Source: Promethearchaeota archaeon (GTDB taxonomy: Archaea; Asgardarchaeota; Lokiarchaeia; Sigyniarchaeales; SOKP01). From it: 27,843 nt of DNA. Under the pieces are notes generated by a model. It was not told the DNA's origin and searched no databases. It saw only the letters and a program-made list of their open reading frames with translations. This document shows, in pieces, positions 6,511 through 14,761 of this stretch. Position 1 is the first letter of the stretch, and every line of letters begins with the position of its first letter. The position numbers and the translations under genes are program-made. The stretch spans positions 1 through 27,843 of the forward strand of contig JBHLON010000039.1 in assembly GCA_048940445.1 (NCBI GenBank), written 5' to 3'.

Positions 6511-7209
6511 ATGCTGTTAAAATTTCTAATATTATATTTACGTGCTAAATTTGAGAAGGTTGTAGCGAATAGCATTTTAATGATAATTTTATTCTTTTGG
6601 TTTGTTCCAATTGAAATTTTGATTAATTTGAAATGGTATTTATATCTTTTATTTTTTCTATCATTCCTATTTATCCTATATTTGCTAATTTTAAGACGAA
6701 TTAAAAGAACTTGTATAATACTGGATTCAAAATTAAATCGTGATAATTTTTCAGAACAAATGGGCATTGAACCTTTAAATAATGGAAAATTAATGAAATC
6801 TTATAGAAGATGGTTGATAGACGATGCAAAAAACCATCACATAGATATTAATTTTAAGTCAGAAACTAAGTACTATGGCACAACGTGCTGTTATTATTGT
6901 TGTTATTGTACTGTTCCATTATTGTTAGTCTTTGGAACATTTTCGCTTGTCTATTCACCACAATTTGCACGATGGGTAATTTCACCATCCGTAATTTTCT
7001 TAGCTATCTTAATTTTTTTTCTCATTGAAAGATCATCCAATAAGGAAATCTATAAAAAATTAGATTCTGAAATGAAACGAATATTATTTGAAGAAGAGAC
7101 ATCTTATAAGCCTTTAAAAAAAAGAAAAATGACATTTAAATATAAAGCATGGTTGTTGGAAAATCAGAAGAAGGAAGATTCCTTTTTCACTGATATGTAT
7201 AAAAAGTGA
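6511..7209 (+). CDS. Hypothetical membrane protein with a two-fold internal repeat and a Cys-rich motif (start uncertain; alternative ATG 6580)
   Basis: Two (TM-TM-helical) units sharing LDS-xxx-R-xx-F-x-E-xxxxx-PL-xxx-K-xxxx-Y-xx-WL; CCYYCCYC before the third TM. Confidence 0.65.
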   Translation: MLLKFLILYLRAKFEKVVANSILMIILFFWFVPIEILINLKWYLYLLFFLSFLFILYLLILRRIKRTCIILDSKLNRDNFSEQMGIEPLNNGKLMKSYRRWLIDDAKNHHIDINFKSETKYYGTTCCYYCCYCTVPLLLVFGTFSLVYSPQFARWVISPSVIFLAILIFFLIERSSNKEIYKKLDSEMKRILFEEETSYKPLKKRKMTFKYKAWLLENQKKEDSFFTDMYKK

Positions 7210-7316
7210 TTTCTCAGTGAATTTTTTATCAAATTATTATTTAGTTACCTAATTTTGAATAGATTTATTAGATCAATTTAATTGAGTAATTTATAATAGC
7301 TTTATTATTAGCATTT

Positions 7317-8123
7317 ATGTCTGCTTATGACCAAGATTTTTCTGATGTAGCCCAAGATGCCAAAGTCTTTTTCTTTGATCTAGATGGTACTATTTACTTA
7401 GGTGAAAAGCTGTTTGAGGGCGTTATTGACCTAATAAGATTATTAGAGAAAAAGAATAAATTCTTTTTTTTTCTGTCCAATAATTCCAGTAAATCAACTT
7501 CAGATTATCTATTGAAATTAAATAATATGAACTTGAATATAACTCGAGAAAACATTATTTTATCACAGCATCCAACAATCGATTATCTAAAAAAAAATAA
7601 TTTTGAGAAGATTTTCTTATTAGGGACTGATTCTCTTAAATATGAATTTTTAAGTGAAGGTTTTATCTTAACGGAAAAGGATCCTGAGATATTAGTGTTA
7701 GCTTTTGATCAAGAATTAACTTACGAGCGATTAGTTCGCGCTTCCTATCTCTTACAAAATGATATTCCTTATATAGCAACACATTTAGACGATAAATGTC
7801 CAACTCAAGAAGGGTATATTCCTGATGCAGGAGGGATTGCCGCATTATTATTTAAAGCTACTGGTAGAATGCCGAGAGTTTTTGGAAAACCAAACAAGGA
7901 AATGCTTTTATTTAAGCTCCAAGAGTTACAAATTCATCCTAAGGATGCAATTATGTTTGGAGATAGATTATATACTGATATCAAAATGGGAATAGAAGCA
8001 GGAGTAGTCACTTGTGGTGTATTATCTGGAGAAATCTCTCTTGAAATGATAGAGGAGAATAGTGATTATAAACCAGATTTTGTAATTAATGGAATCTGGG
8101 AACTATTTGAAATATTGAAATAA
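7317..8123 (+). CDS. HAD-superfamily subfamily IIA (NagD-like) phosphatase
   Basis: FDLDGTIY (motif I), LSNNS (II), GKP (III), GDRLYTDI (IV). Confidence 0.92.
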   Translation: MSAYDQDFSDVAQDAKVFFFDLDGTIYLGEKLFEGVIDLIRLLEKKNKFFFFLSNNSSKSTSDYLLKLNNMNLNITRENIILSQHPTIDYLKKNNFEKIFLLGTDSLKYEFLSEGFILTEKDPEILVLAFDQELTYERLVRASYLLQNDIPYIATHLDDKCPTQEGYIPDAGGIAALLFKATGRMPRVFGKPNKEMLLFKLQELQIHPKDAIMFGDRLYTDIKMGIEAGVVTCGVLSGEISLEMIEENSDYKPDFVINGIWELFEILK

Positions 8124-8290
8124 AAGGATTCATATATTTTAAATAAAATTCTATAAAGAAAAATTTTATTTCAGAATATAGATTTATAAACTTAAGAGTA
8201 TTAAAGTTCAAGTCACTTGAACGAAAATGATTTGGTTTTTATCTTTTTAATCATATGAATTGAGTAATACTATGAAATTGGAAAAATAAA

Positions 8291-10996
8291 ATGACCGCTA
8301 CTGAAACTAACAAATATGTGTATAACTTTAGTGAAGGAAAGAAAGAGTTAAAAAACTTATTGGGCGGAAAAGGAGCAAATCTTGGGGAAATGACTAATTT
8401 AGGATTAAATATTCCACCAGGATTTACAATTACAACAGAAGCTTGCTTGTTATACTTTCAAAATCCTGATAAAATAATGGCTAAAATTGAACCATTAGTA
8501 ATTGAACATCTTAAAGAATTAGAAAACAAAACAGGGAAAAAGTTTGGTGATACAAGAAATCCCCTCCTTGTTAGTGTGCGAAGTGGAGCTCCACAGTCGA
8601 TGCCTGGAATGATGGATACAGTTTTAAATCTGGGGTTAAATGACCAATCTGTCAAAGGGATGGCAGAACAAACGGATAATCCTAGATTTGCCTATGATTC
8701 ATATCGTAGATTTATCCAGATGTTCGGAGATGTAGTAATGGGATTAGGAGATGAGAAATTTGAGAGAATTCTTGATAAATATAAAATAAATATCTCCAGA
8801 AAAGCTCAAGATACTGATTTAACAGTAAAAGATTTACAGAAAATAATCGCAGATTATAAAGCATTATATGAGAAAGAAATTGGTTCTCCCTTCCCCCAAG
8901 ACCCATATAAACAACTTTTTCTTGCGATTGATGCTGTTTTTAAATCATGGAATAATAAACGGGCTTTAATTTATAGAAAGCTTAATGATATTCCCGATTA
9001 TGGGACTGCAGTAAATATTCAAACCATGGTTTTTGGAAATAAAGGATGGGATTCTGCAACTGGAGTAGCCTTTACAAGGGATCCCTCTACGGGAGAAAAC
9101 ATAAAGTTTGGAGAATATTTATCAAATGCCCAAGGAGAGGATGTGGTTGCTGGGATACGTACTCCGAAAAAACTTGAAGAAATGAAAAAAGAGTTCCCAA
9201 AAATTCATAAAGAGTTATTAAACACGATGGAAAAACTTGAGAATCATTATAGGGACATGCAAGATATAGAATTTACCATCGAAAATGGAACTTTGTTCAT
9301 ACTTCAAACAAGGAATGGAAAGCGTACTCCTTCAGCAGCAGTTAAAATAGCTGTTGATATGGTCAAAGAAGGTTTAATTTCCAAAGAAGAAGCAATAATG
9401 AGTCTGGATCCTAACAAAATTTCAAAATTATTATTTAAAAGTATTGATGATCATGCTGTTATCCATGTTTATGCTACTGGTATTAATGCATCTCCTGGAG
9501 CTGTCTCAGGTAAAGCAATCTTTGACGCTGATAAAGCAGAAGCAATGGCAAATGCTGGAGAAAAAGAAATTATTTTAGTTAGACCTCAAACTAAACCTGA
9601 AGATGTACATGGATTATTCGCCTCAAACGGTGTACTTACACAATTTGGAGGAAAAACATCCCATGCAGCTGTTGTAGCAAGGGGGATGGGCAAACCAGCA
9701 GTAGTGGGTGCTCAAGATATTGAGATTGATGAAGAGAAAAGAGAATTCAAGGTTGGGGAGACTATTGTCAAAGAGGGGGATTATATAACTATTGATGGTA
9801 CAACTGGTCGCGTAATAGGGGGGAAAGTTCCATTAATAGAGCCAGAAATAAAAGGAGAATTTTTAGAATTACTAAATATGGCAGATAAAATTAGGACTCT
9901 TGGAATACGAGCAAATGCAGATACTCCTATAGATGCTATGAAAGCTATAGAATTCGGTGCTGAAGGAATTGGATTAACTAGGACGGAACATATGTTTATG
10001 GCACAGGATAGATTGCCAGTAGTTCAGGGAATGATTTTAGCTCGAACTCAAGAAGAACGCCAAGATGCATTAAATAAGATTTTACCAATGCAAAAAGGAG
10101 ATTTTTATGAGATATTCAAAATTATGGAAGGAAAACCTGTTACAATAAGATTATTAGATCCTCCATTGCACGAATTTTTGCCTGATTTAAACATAGTACA
10201 GCAAGAATACCAAGAGTTAAAGATGACAAATGAACTATCGAAATCACTTCTTAACATTAGTCCTTTGGATGATGAAATTAAAAAGAAAAATAAAGTTATA
10301 TCTTTAATCCGTTCATTATCAGAAGAAAATCCAATGATGGGACTTAGAGGCTGTCGCTTAGGGATTGTATGGCCAGAGATAAATGAAATGCAGGTTAAAG
10401 CTATTTTTCAAGCTGCATGTGAATTAAAGCTTAAGGGAGTTGATGTGATCCCTGAAGTGATGATTCCATTAATAGGGATGCTTTCTGAATTACAATTAGT
10501 AAAATCACAGTTACTAGAGATTGCAGAAGAAACTATAAAAGAATATGGTGTAGATTTAGATTACAAATTCGGGACAATGATTGAAATTCCACGAGCTGCC
10601 TTAACTGCTGATGAAATTGCTATGGAAGCAGAATTCTTTTCATTTGGAACTAATGATTTAACCCAAATGACCTATGGATTCAGTAGGGATGATGCTGAAG
10701 GTAAATTTTTGCCTATTTACCTAAATAAGGAAATCTTAGAATCGAATCCATTTGAGATCTTAGATCAAGATGGCGTAGGAAAACTTGTGAAAATGGCCAT
10801 AGAGCTTGGGAGAAAAACGAGAAAAAATCTAAAATGTGGTATCTGTGGAGAACATGGGGGCGAACCAAAATCTATTAAATTTGCAAATTCTATTGGTATC
10901 GATTATGTTTCTTGTTCTCCATTTAGAATTCCTGTTGCTCGATTAGCTGCTGCTCAAGCTGCGATTGAACAAAAAAAGAGCAAAACAAAGAAATAA
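8291..10996 (+). CDS. ppdK: Pyruvate, phosphate dikinase
   Basis: LLGGKGANL, LLVSVRSGA-x-SMPGMMDT, GGKTSHAAVVARG (phospho-His), FSFGTNDLTQ, CGEHGG; 901 aa. Confidence 0.97.
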   Translation: MTATETNKYVYNFSEGKKELKNLLGGKGANLGEMTNLGLNIPPGFTITTEACLLYFQNPDKIMAKIEPLVIEHLKELENKTGKKFGDTRNPLLVSVRSGAPQSMPGMMDTVLNLGLNDQSVKGMAEQTDNPRFAYDSYRRFIQMFGDVVMGLGDEKFERILDKYKINISRKAQDTDLTVKDLQKIIADYKALYEKEIGSPFPQDPYKQLFLAIDAVFKSWNNKRALIYRKLNDIPDYGTAVNIQTMVFGNKGWDSATGVAFTRDPSTGENIKFGEYLSNAQGEDVVAGIRTPKKLEEMKKEFPKIHKELLNTMEKLENHYRDMQDIEFTIENGTLFILQTRNGKRTPSAAVKIAVDMVKEGLISKEEAIMSLDPNKISKLLFKSIDDHAVIHVYATGINASPGAVSGKAIFDADKAEAMANAGEKEIILVRPQTKPEDVHGLFASNGVLTQFGGKTSHAAVVARGMGKPAVVGAQDIEIDEEKREFKVGETIVKEGDYITIDGTTGRVIGGKVPLIEPEIKGEFLELLNMADKIRTLGIRANADTPIDAMKAIEFGAEGIGLTRTEHMFMAQDRLPVVQGMILARTQEERQDALNKILPMQKGDFYEIFKIMEGKPVTIRLLDPPLHEFLPDLNIVQQEYQELKMTNELSKSLLNISPLDDEIKKKNKVISLIRSLSEENPMMGLRGCRLGIVWPEINEMQVKAIFQAACELKLKGVDVIPEVMIPLIGMLSELQLVKSQLLEIAEETIKEYGVDLDYKFGTMIEIPRAALTADEIAMEAEFFSFGTNDLTQMTYGFSRDDAEGKFLPIYLNKEILESNPFEILDQDGVGKLVKMAIELGRKTRKNLKCGICGEHGGEPKSIKFANSIGIDYVSCSPFRIPVARLAAAQAAIEQKKSKTKK

Positions 10997-11094
10997 TAAA
11001 TTAATTTTTTAAAAAATTCTTATTATCCTTATAAAATTACTAGTTTCATAAAGATTATATCATAAAATTTATTTATTATTTTAAAAATAACTTA

Positions 11095-12216
11095 TTGACT
11101 GGAAAGATGACATTAACTTTAGATGAAAGGATTGCATTACTACAAGAAGTTGGTGAAGAGATAATAGATTTAGATGAACTAAGAGAGATGATCCAATGGA
11201 AAATTGATCATAACCAAGAGATTTATGCCTATGATGGTTTTGAGCCTAGTGGAAATATTCATATTGCTCAGGGTTTACTTAGGGCAATAAATGTAAATAA
11301 AATAACCAAAGCTGGAGTGCGATTTAAGTTTCTTGTTGCTGATTGGCATGCTGCAGCAAATCTGAAATTTGGTGGAGATTTAGAAGTAATTAGAAAAGTT
11401 GGGGATTTTTTTATTGAGGTTTGGAAAGCTTGTGGGATGGATTTAAGCAAAGTAGAATTTATATATGCTTCAGATCTAGTGAAGGAACCAGCCTATTGGG
11501 AATTAGTATTAAAAATTTCGATAAATTCTACTCTTAAAAGAGTGAAAAGATGTACACAAATAATGGGTAGAGAAGAATCTGAAAAGCTAACAGCCTCTCA
11601 AATTCTCTATCCCTTGATGCAAACAGCTGACATTTTTTATCTTCCAGCAGATATATGTCAATTAGGATTAGATCAAAGAAAAGTTAATATGTTAGCTAGA
11701 GAGCTTGCTCCTAAACTGAATAGACCTAAACCAGTAGCAATTCATCATCATATGTTGATGGGTTTAAATAAACCTCCAGATACTGACTTAGCCGGAATTG
11801 AAAGGGTAATAAAATTAAAAATGTCAAAATCAGATCCTGACACTGCAATCTTTATGTTAGATTCTTTTGAAGATATAAAAAGAAAAATAAATAAAGCATA
11901 TTGTCCTCCAAAAGAAATCAATGAAAACCCAATTTTAGAATATTGTAAATATATTCTTTTTGAACTGATTGATACCTTTGAAGTAGAGCGCCTTGAAAAA
12001 TATGGGGGAAATATAGTTTACACTTCATATAAAGAATTGGTAAATGACTATAAAACTGATAAGTTAAATCCTGCTGATTTAAAACCCGCTGTAATTAAAT
12101 ATCTAGATCAACTACTAGACCCTATAAGAAAGCACTTTAAACGCAATAAAGTTGCGAAACAGTTATATCTTTTTGTCCAAGAAGCGGATGAAAAAGATAA
12201 AAAAAGGAAATCATAA
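11095..12216 (+). CDS. tyrS: Tyrosine--tRNA ligase, archaeal/eukaryotic type (start TTG 11095 or ATG 11107)
   Basis: YDGFEPSG-x-HIAQ (HIGH variant), YPLMQ-x-AD, QLGLDQRKVNMLARE, KMSKS. Confidence 0.96.
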   Translation: MTGKMTLTLDERIALLQEVGEEIIDLDELREMIQWKIDHNQEIYAYDGFEPSGNIHIAQGLLRAINVNKITKAGVRFKFLVADWHAAANLKFGGDLEVIRKVGDFFIEVWKACGMDLSKVEFIYASDLVKEPAYWELVLKISINSTLKRVKRCTQIMGREESEKLTASQILYPLMQTADIFYLPADICQLGLDQRKVNMLARELAPKLNRPKPVAIHHHMLMGLNKPPDTDLAGIERVIKLKMSKSDPDTAIFMLDSFEDIKRKINKAYCPPKEINENPILEYCKYILFELIDTFEVERLEKYGGNIVYTSYKELVNDYKTDKLNPADLKPAVIKYLDQLLDPIRKHFKRNKVAKQLYLFVQEADEKDKKRKS

Positions 12217-12233
12217 GTTTAAAAGAATGATTT

Positions 12234-12863
12234 ATGAATAAACTGCTTTTAATTGGAGATAGTCATGTACCAAAAAGGGCAACGAGTGTATCTGAACGCA
12301 TTCAAATTAAATTAAAAGAATTGAGTAAATCTAGCTTATTTGAATATACTTTTTTTACCGGAGATGAGATAAATTATCCTCAATTCATGGAACTTTTAGA
12401 TTTAATTACTAAAAGAGATTTGTATAGAGTCATTGGAAACATGGATTATTATTATGGAAATAGGAATGCACCTCTCTATCAAGAACAAGAAATCAAGTTC
12501 GATAGCGGAGAAGTTTTAATAATAGGTTTGACTCATGGAGCAGAAATCGAACCCAGAGGGGATAAAATGCAATTAGAGCTTCTAGCAATGGAAAAGAAAT
12601 GTAATATTTTAATTTCTGGTCATACACATAAAGAAGAAATTTTCCTTACGAAAAACGGGATTCTATTATTAAATCCTGGAAGCGTGACTGGAGCATGGTC
12701 CTTTGTTGCCAGTCAAATTCCGTCATTCATTGTTTTAAATGTAGATAATAAAACTTGCGACATTGTAGTTTATTTATTTCAATTAGACAAGGAATCAGAG
12801 GAAATAAATGAAGATAAATATTATTTTTACTTTGAAAAAAATAAAATTTTCCATAAATACTAA
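12234..12863 (+). CDS. Metallophosphoesterase of the MJ0936/YfcE/Vps29 family
   Basis: IGDSHVP, TGD, GNMD, THG, ISGHTH, NPGSVTGAW, PSF. Confidence 0.88.
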   Translation: MNKLLLIGDSHVPKRATSVSERIQIKLKELSKSSLFEYTFFTGDEINYPQFMELLDLITKRDLYRVIGNMDYYYGNRNAPLYQEQEIKFDSGEVLIIGLTHGAEIEPRGDKMQLELLAMEKKCNILISGHTHKEEIFLTKNGILLLNPGSVTGAWSFVASQIPSFIVLNVDNKTCDIVVYLFQLDKESEEINEDKYYFYFEKNKIFHKY

Positions 12864-12873
12864 TCAAATAGCA

Positions 12874-13305
12874 TTACTTTTTATTCATGTGTTTGATCTT
12901 ATCCAAAACAAGTATTTTTGGCAACTTTAGCAAAATTCCAAAATAACCTTTTCCTGTATTTCCCTTTTTATATCGTAATTTTCTAAAACCAAATTTATTT
13001 TTTTTGAACATCATATGAAGAGTTGAGTACTGGCCACTAGAGAAATACATTAAATCTTCTGGATCAGAGACTATTTCCAAATCATATTGTTCTAATTTGT
13101 CACGTCCTAGTTTGTAATTGCCATCTTTAGCAACTAAATTTACCCAAAATGTATAATCTTCTTGGATTTGAAGACCCAAATTAATCTTCGCTTCAAATTT
13201 CTTGAGATTTTTTAAATTTTTAGGATTCTTTCGTTTATCTTCTATAATACTTTCTATTACTCCATTAAAAGTTATAAATAAATTCTCTTTTTCAGACTCT
13301 TTCAT
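12874..13305 (-). CDS. Divergent SCP2-like domain protein
   Basis: KINLGL...FWVNLVAKDGNYKLGRDKLEQYDLEIVSDPEDLMYFSSGQYSTLHMM...KLRYKKG follows the SCP2 beta/alpha pattern. SD-like AGGGTG lies upstream. Confidence 0.55.
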   Translation of the reverse strand: MKESEKENLFITFNGVIESIIEDKRKNPKNLKNLKKFEAKINLGLQIQEDYTFWVNLVAKDGNYKLGRDKLEQYDLEIVSDPEDLMYFSSGQYSTLHMMFKKNKFGFRKLRYKKGNTGKGYFGILLKLPKILVLDKIKHMNKK

Positions 13306-13404
13306 TTAAAAGCACCCTAATTAGCGAGTATTTTTGTAGCTAAGTTTGCATTTAATAATTTATTTAATTTAATAAAGATATTAGTATAATTAATATCCAT
13401 ATTA

Positions 13405-13420
13405 GAGAAAATTATATAAA
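13405..13420 (+). promoter_or_regulatory. Putative BRE/TATA promoter of the Fe-ADH gene
   Basis: GAGAAAA-TTATATAAA about 25-30 nt upstream of ATG 13444; SD AGGTGA also present just upstream of the start. Confidence 0.5.
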
Positions 13421-13443
13421 AATGTAAAAAAGGTGATTTACGT

Positions 13444-14640
13444 ATGTGGTTCTTTTTCTCTCCAAATATTATCTATGGACCAGATTCATTAGACTTTTTT
13501 GAAAATATTTCTGGAAGTAAATGTTTTATTATAACTGACAATGTTCTTGAAAATTTAGGAGATCTTAAAATATTAACGGATAAATTAGAAAAATTTGGTA
13601 AATCTTATACAGTATTCAATGAAGTGCTTCCAAATCCAAGAGAAGAAGGTGTTTTAAAAGCCAGAAAGCTATGCTTAGAGTACGAACCCGACTTAATAAT
13701 TGCACTTGGAGGAGGTTCTGTAATGGATACAGCAAAAACAGTATGGTGTCTTTATGAAAATCCAGACTTTCAACTAGATGATATATATGTGTTCAGATCA
13801 GATCTTTATGACATGGGAAAAAAAGCTAAACTGATAGCAATTCCAACAACATCTGGAACAGGAGCGGAAACTACATTTGTAACTGTAATCTCTCGTTATG
13901 AGGAAGAAATTTGGAAAAAATACTTATTTATCCATAGAGGTTTAATCCCCACCTATGCTATAGTAGACCCAATCTTTCCAATGGATATGCCCCCTGAATT
14001 AACCGTTAATACTGCATTTGATGCATTAGCACATTCAATTGAGGGTATCGGGTCACAATGGAAGAATGAATTCAGTAATGCATTAGCATTAAAAGCCATT
14101 GAACTAATATTTAAATATCTACCAACTGCTTATAAAGATGGAAAAAATGAAGAAGCTCGAGATTACTTGCACCAAGCGGCTACACTTGGAGGATTAGCAT
14201 TCGGGAATTCCCAAGTACATATTGGTCATACATTAGGGCATAGTTTTGGTTCACTATTTCATGTCGCACATGGGAAATCTGTAGGGATAGCGCTTAAATA
14301 TGTTACTCAATTCATCCTTAATGACCCAAATACAGATGAAGCCATAAAAATCTACGCTAAAATAGCAAAACAGTTAGGGTGGGTTGAGTGGAATGAAAAC
14401 GATCGAAAAGCAGCTGATAAAGTTATCGAGAAAATAGAAAAATTAGCAAGTGAAGTGAAATTTCCTTTATCGTATAAAGAAACAGGAGTCTCACAAGAAG
14501 ACTTTGATAAAAATCTTGATATTTTAATAAATTTATGTTATCAAGATGCAAGTTCAACTTTAACTCCTAGATCAGTTTCAGCAGAGGAATTTAAAAAATT
14601 ATTCAACTATTCTTATGCTGGAAAAGATATTGACTTCTGA
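13444..14640 (+). CDS. Iron-containing alcohol dehydrogenase
   Basis: ALGGGSVMDTAK, IPTTSGTGAE, DALAHSIE, GHTLGH...HVAHG metal ligands. Confidence 0.93.
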   Translation: MWFFFSPNIIYGPDSLDFFENISGSKCFIITDNVLENLGDLKILTDKLEKFGKSYTVFNEVLPNPREEGVLKARKLCLEYEPDLIIALGGGSVMDTAKTVWCLYENPDFQLDDIYVFRSDLYDMGKKAKLIAIPTTSGTGAETTFVTVISRYEEEIWKKYLFIHRGLIPTYAIVDPIFPMDMPPELTVNTAFDALAHSIEGIGSQWKNEFSNALALKAIELIFKYLPTAYKDGKNEEARDYLHQAATLGGLAFGNSQVHIGHTLGHSFGSLFHVAHGKSVGIALKYVTQFILNDPNTDEAIKIYAKIAKQLGWVEWNENDRKAADKVIEKIEKLASEVKFPLSYKETGVSQEDFDKNLDILINLCYQDASSTLTPRSVSAEEFKKLFNYSYAGKDIDF

Positions 14641-14761
14641 ATATCCTTTTTTCTAATTATAATCAACATTTTCCAAAATGTTAAACATAAATATAATATT
14701 CTTTTATTATTTTTTTGTAGCTTAGAAAATTGGTTTAATAATACAATTATTTAGATTTTAA

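Noticed and set aside
6127-6767. Minus-strand ORFs 6127..6411 and 6339..6767
   Set aside because: Antisense to better-supported genes (zinc ribbons; internal repeat), with no coherent features.
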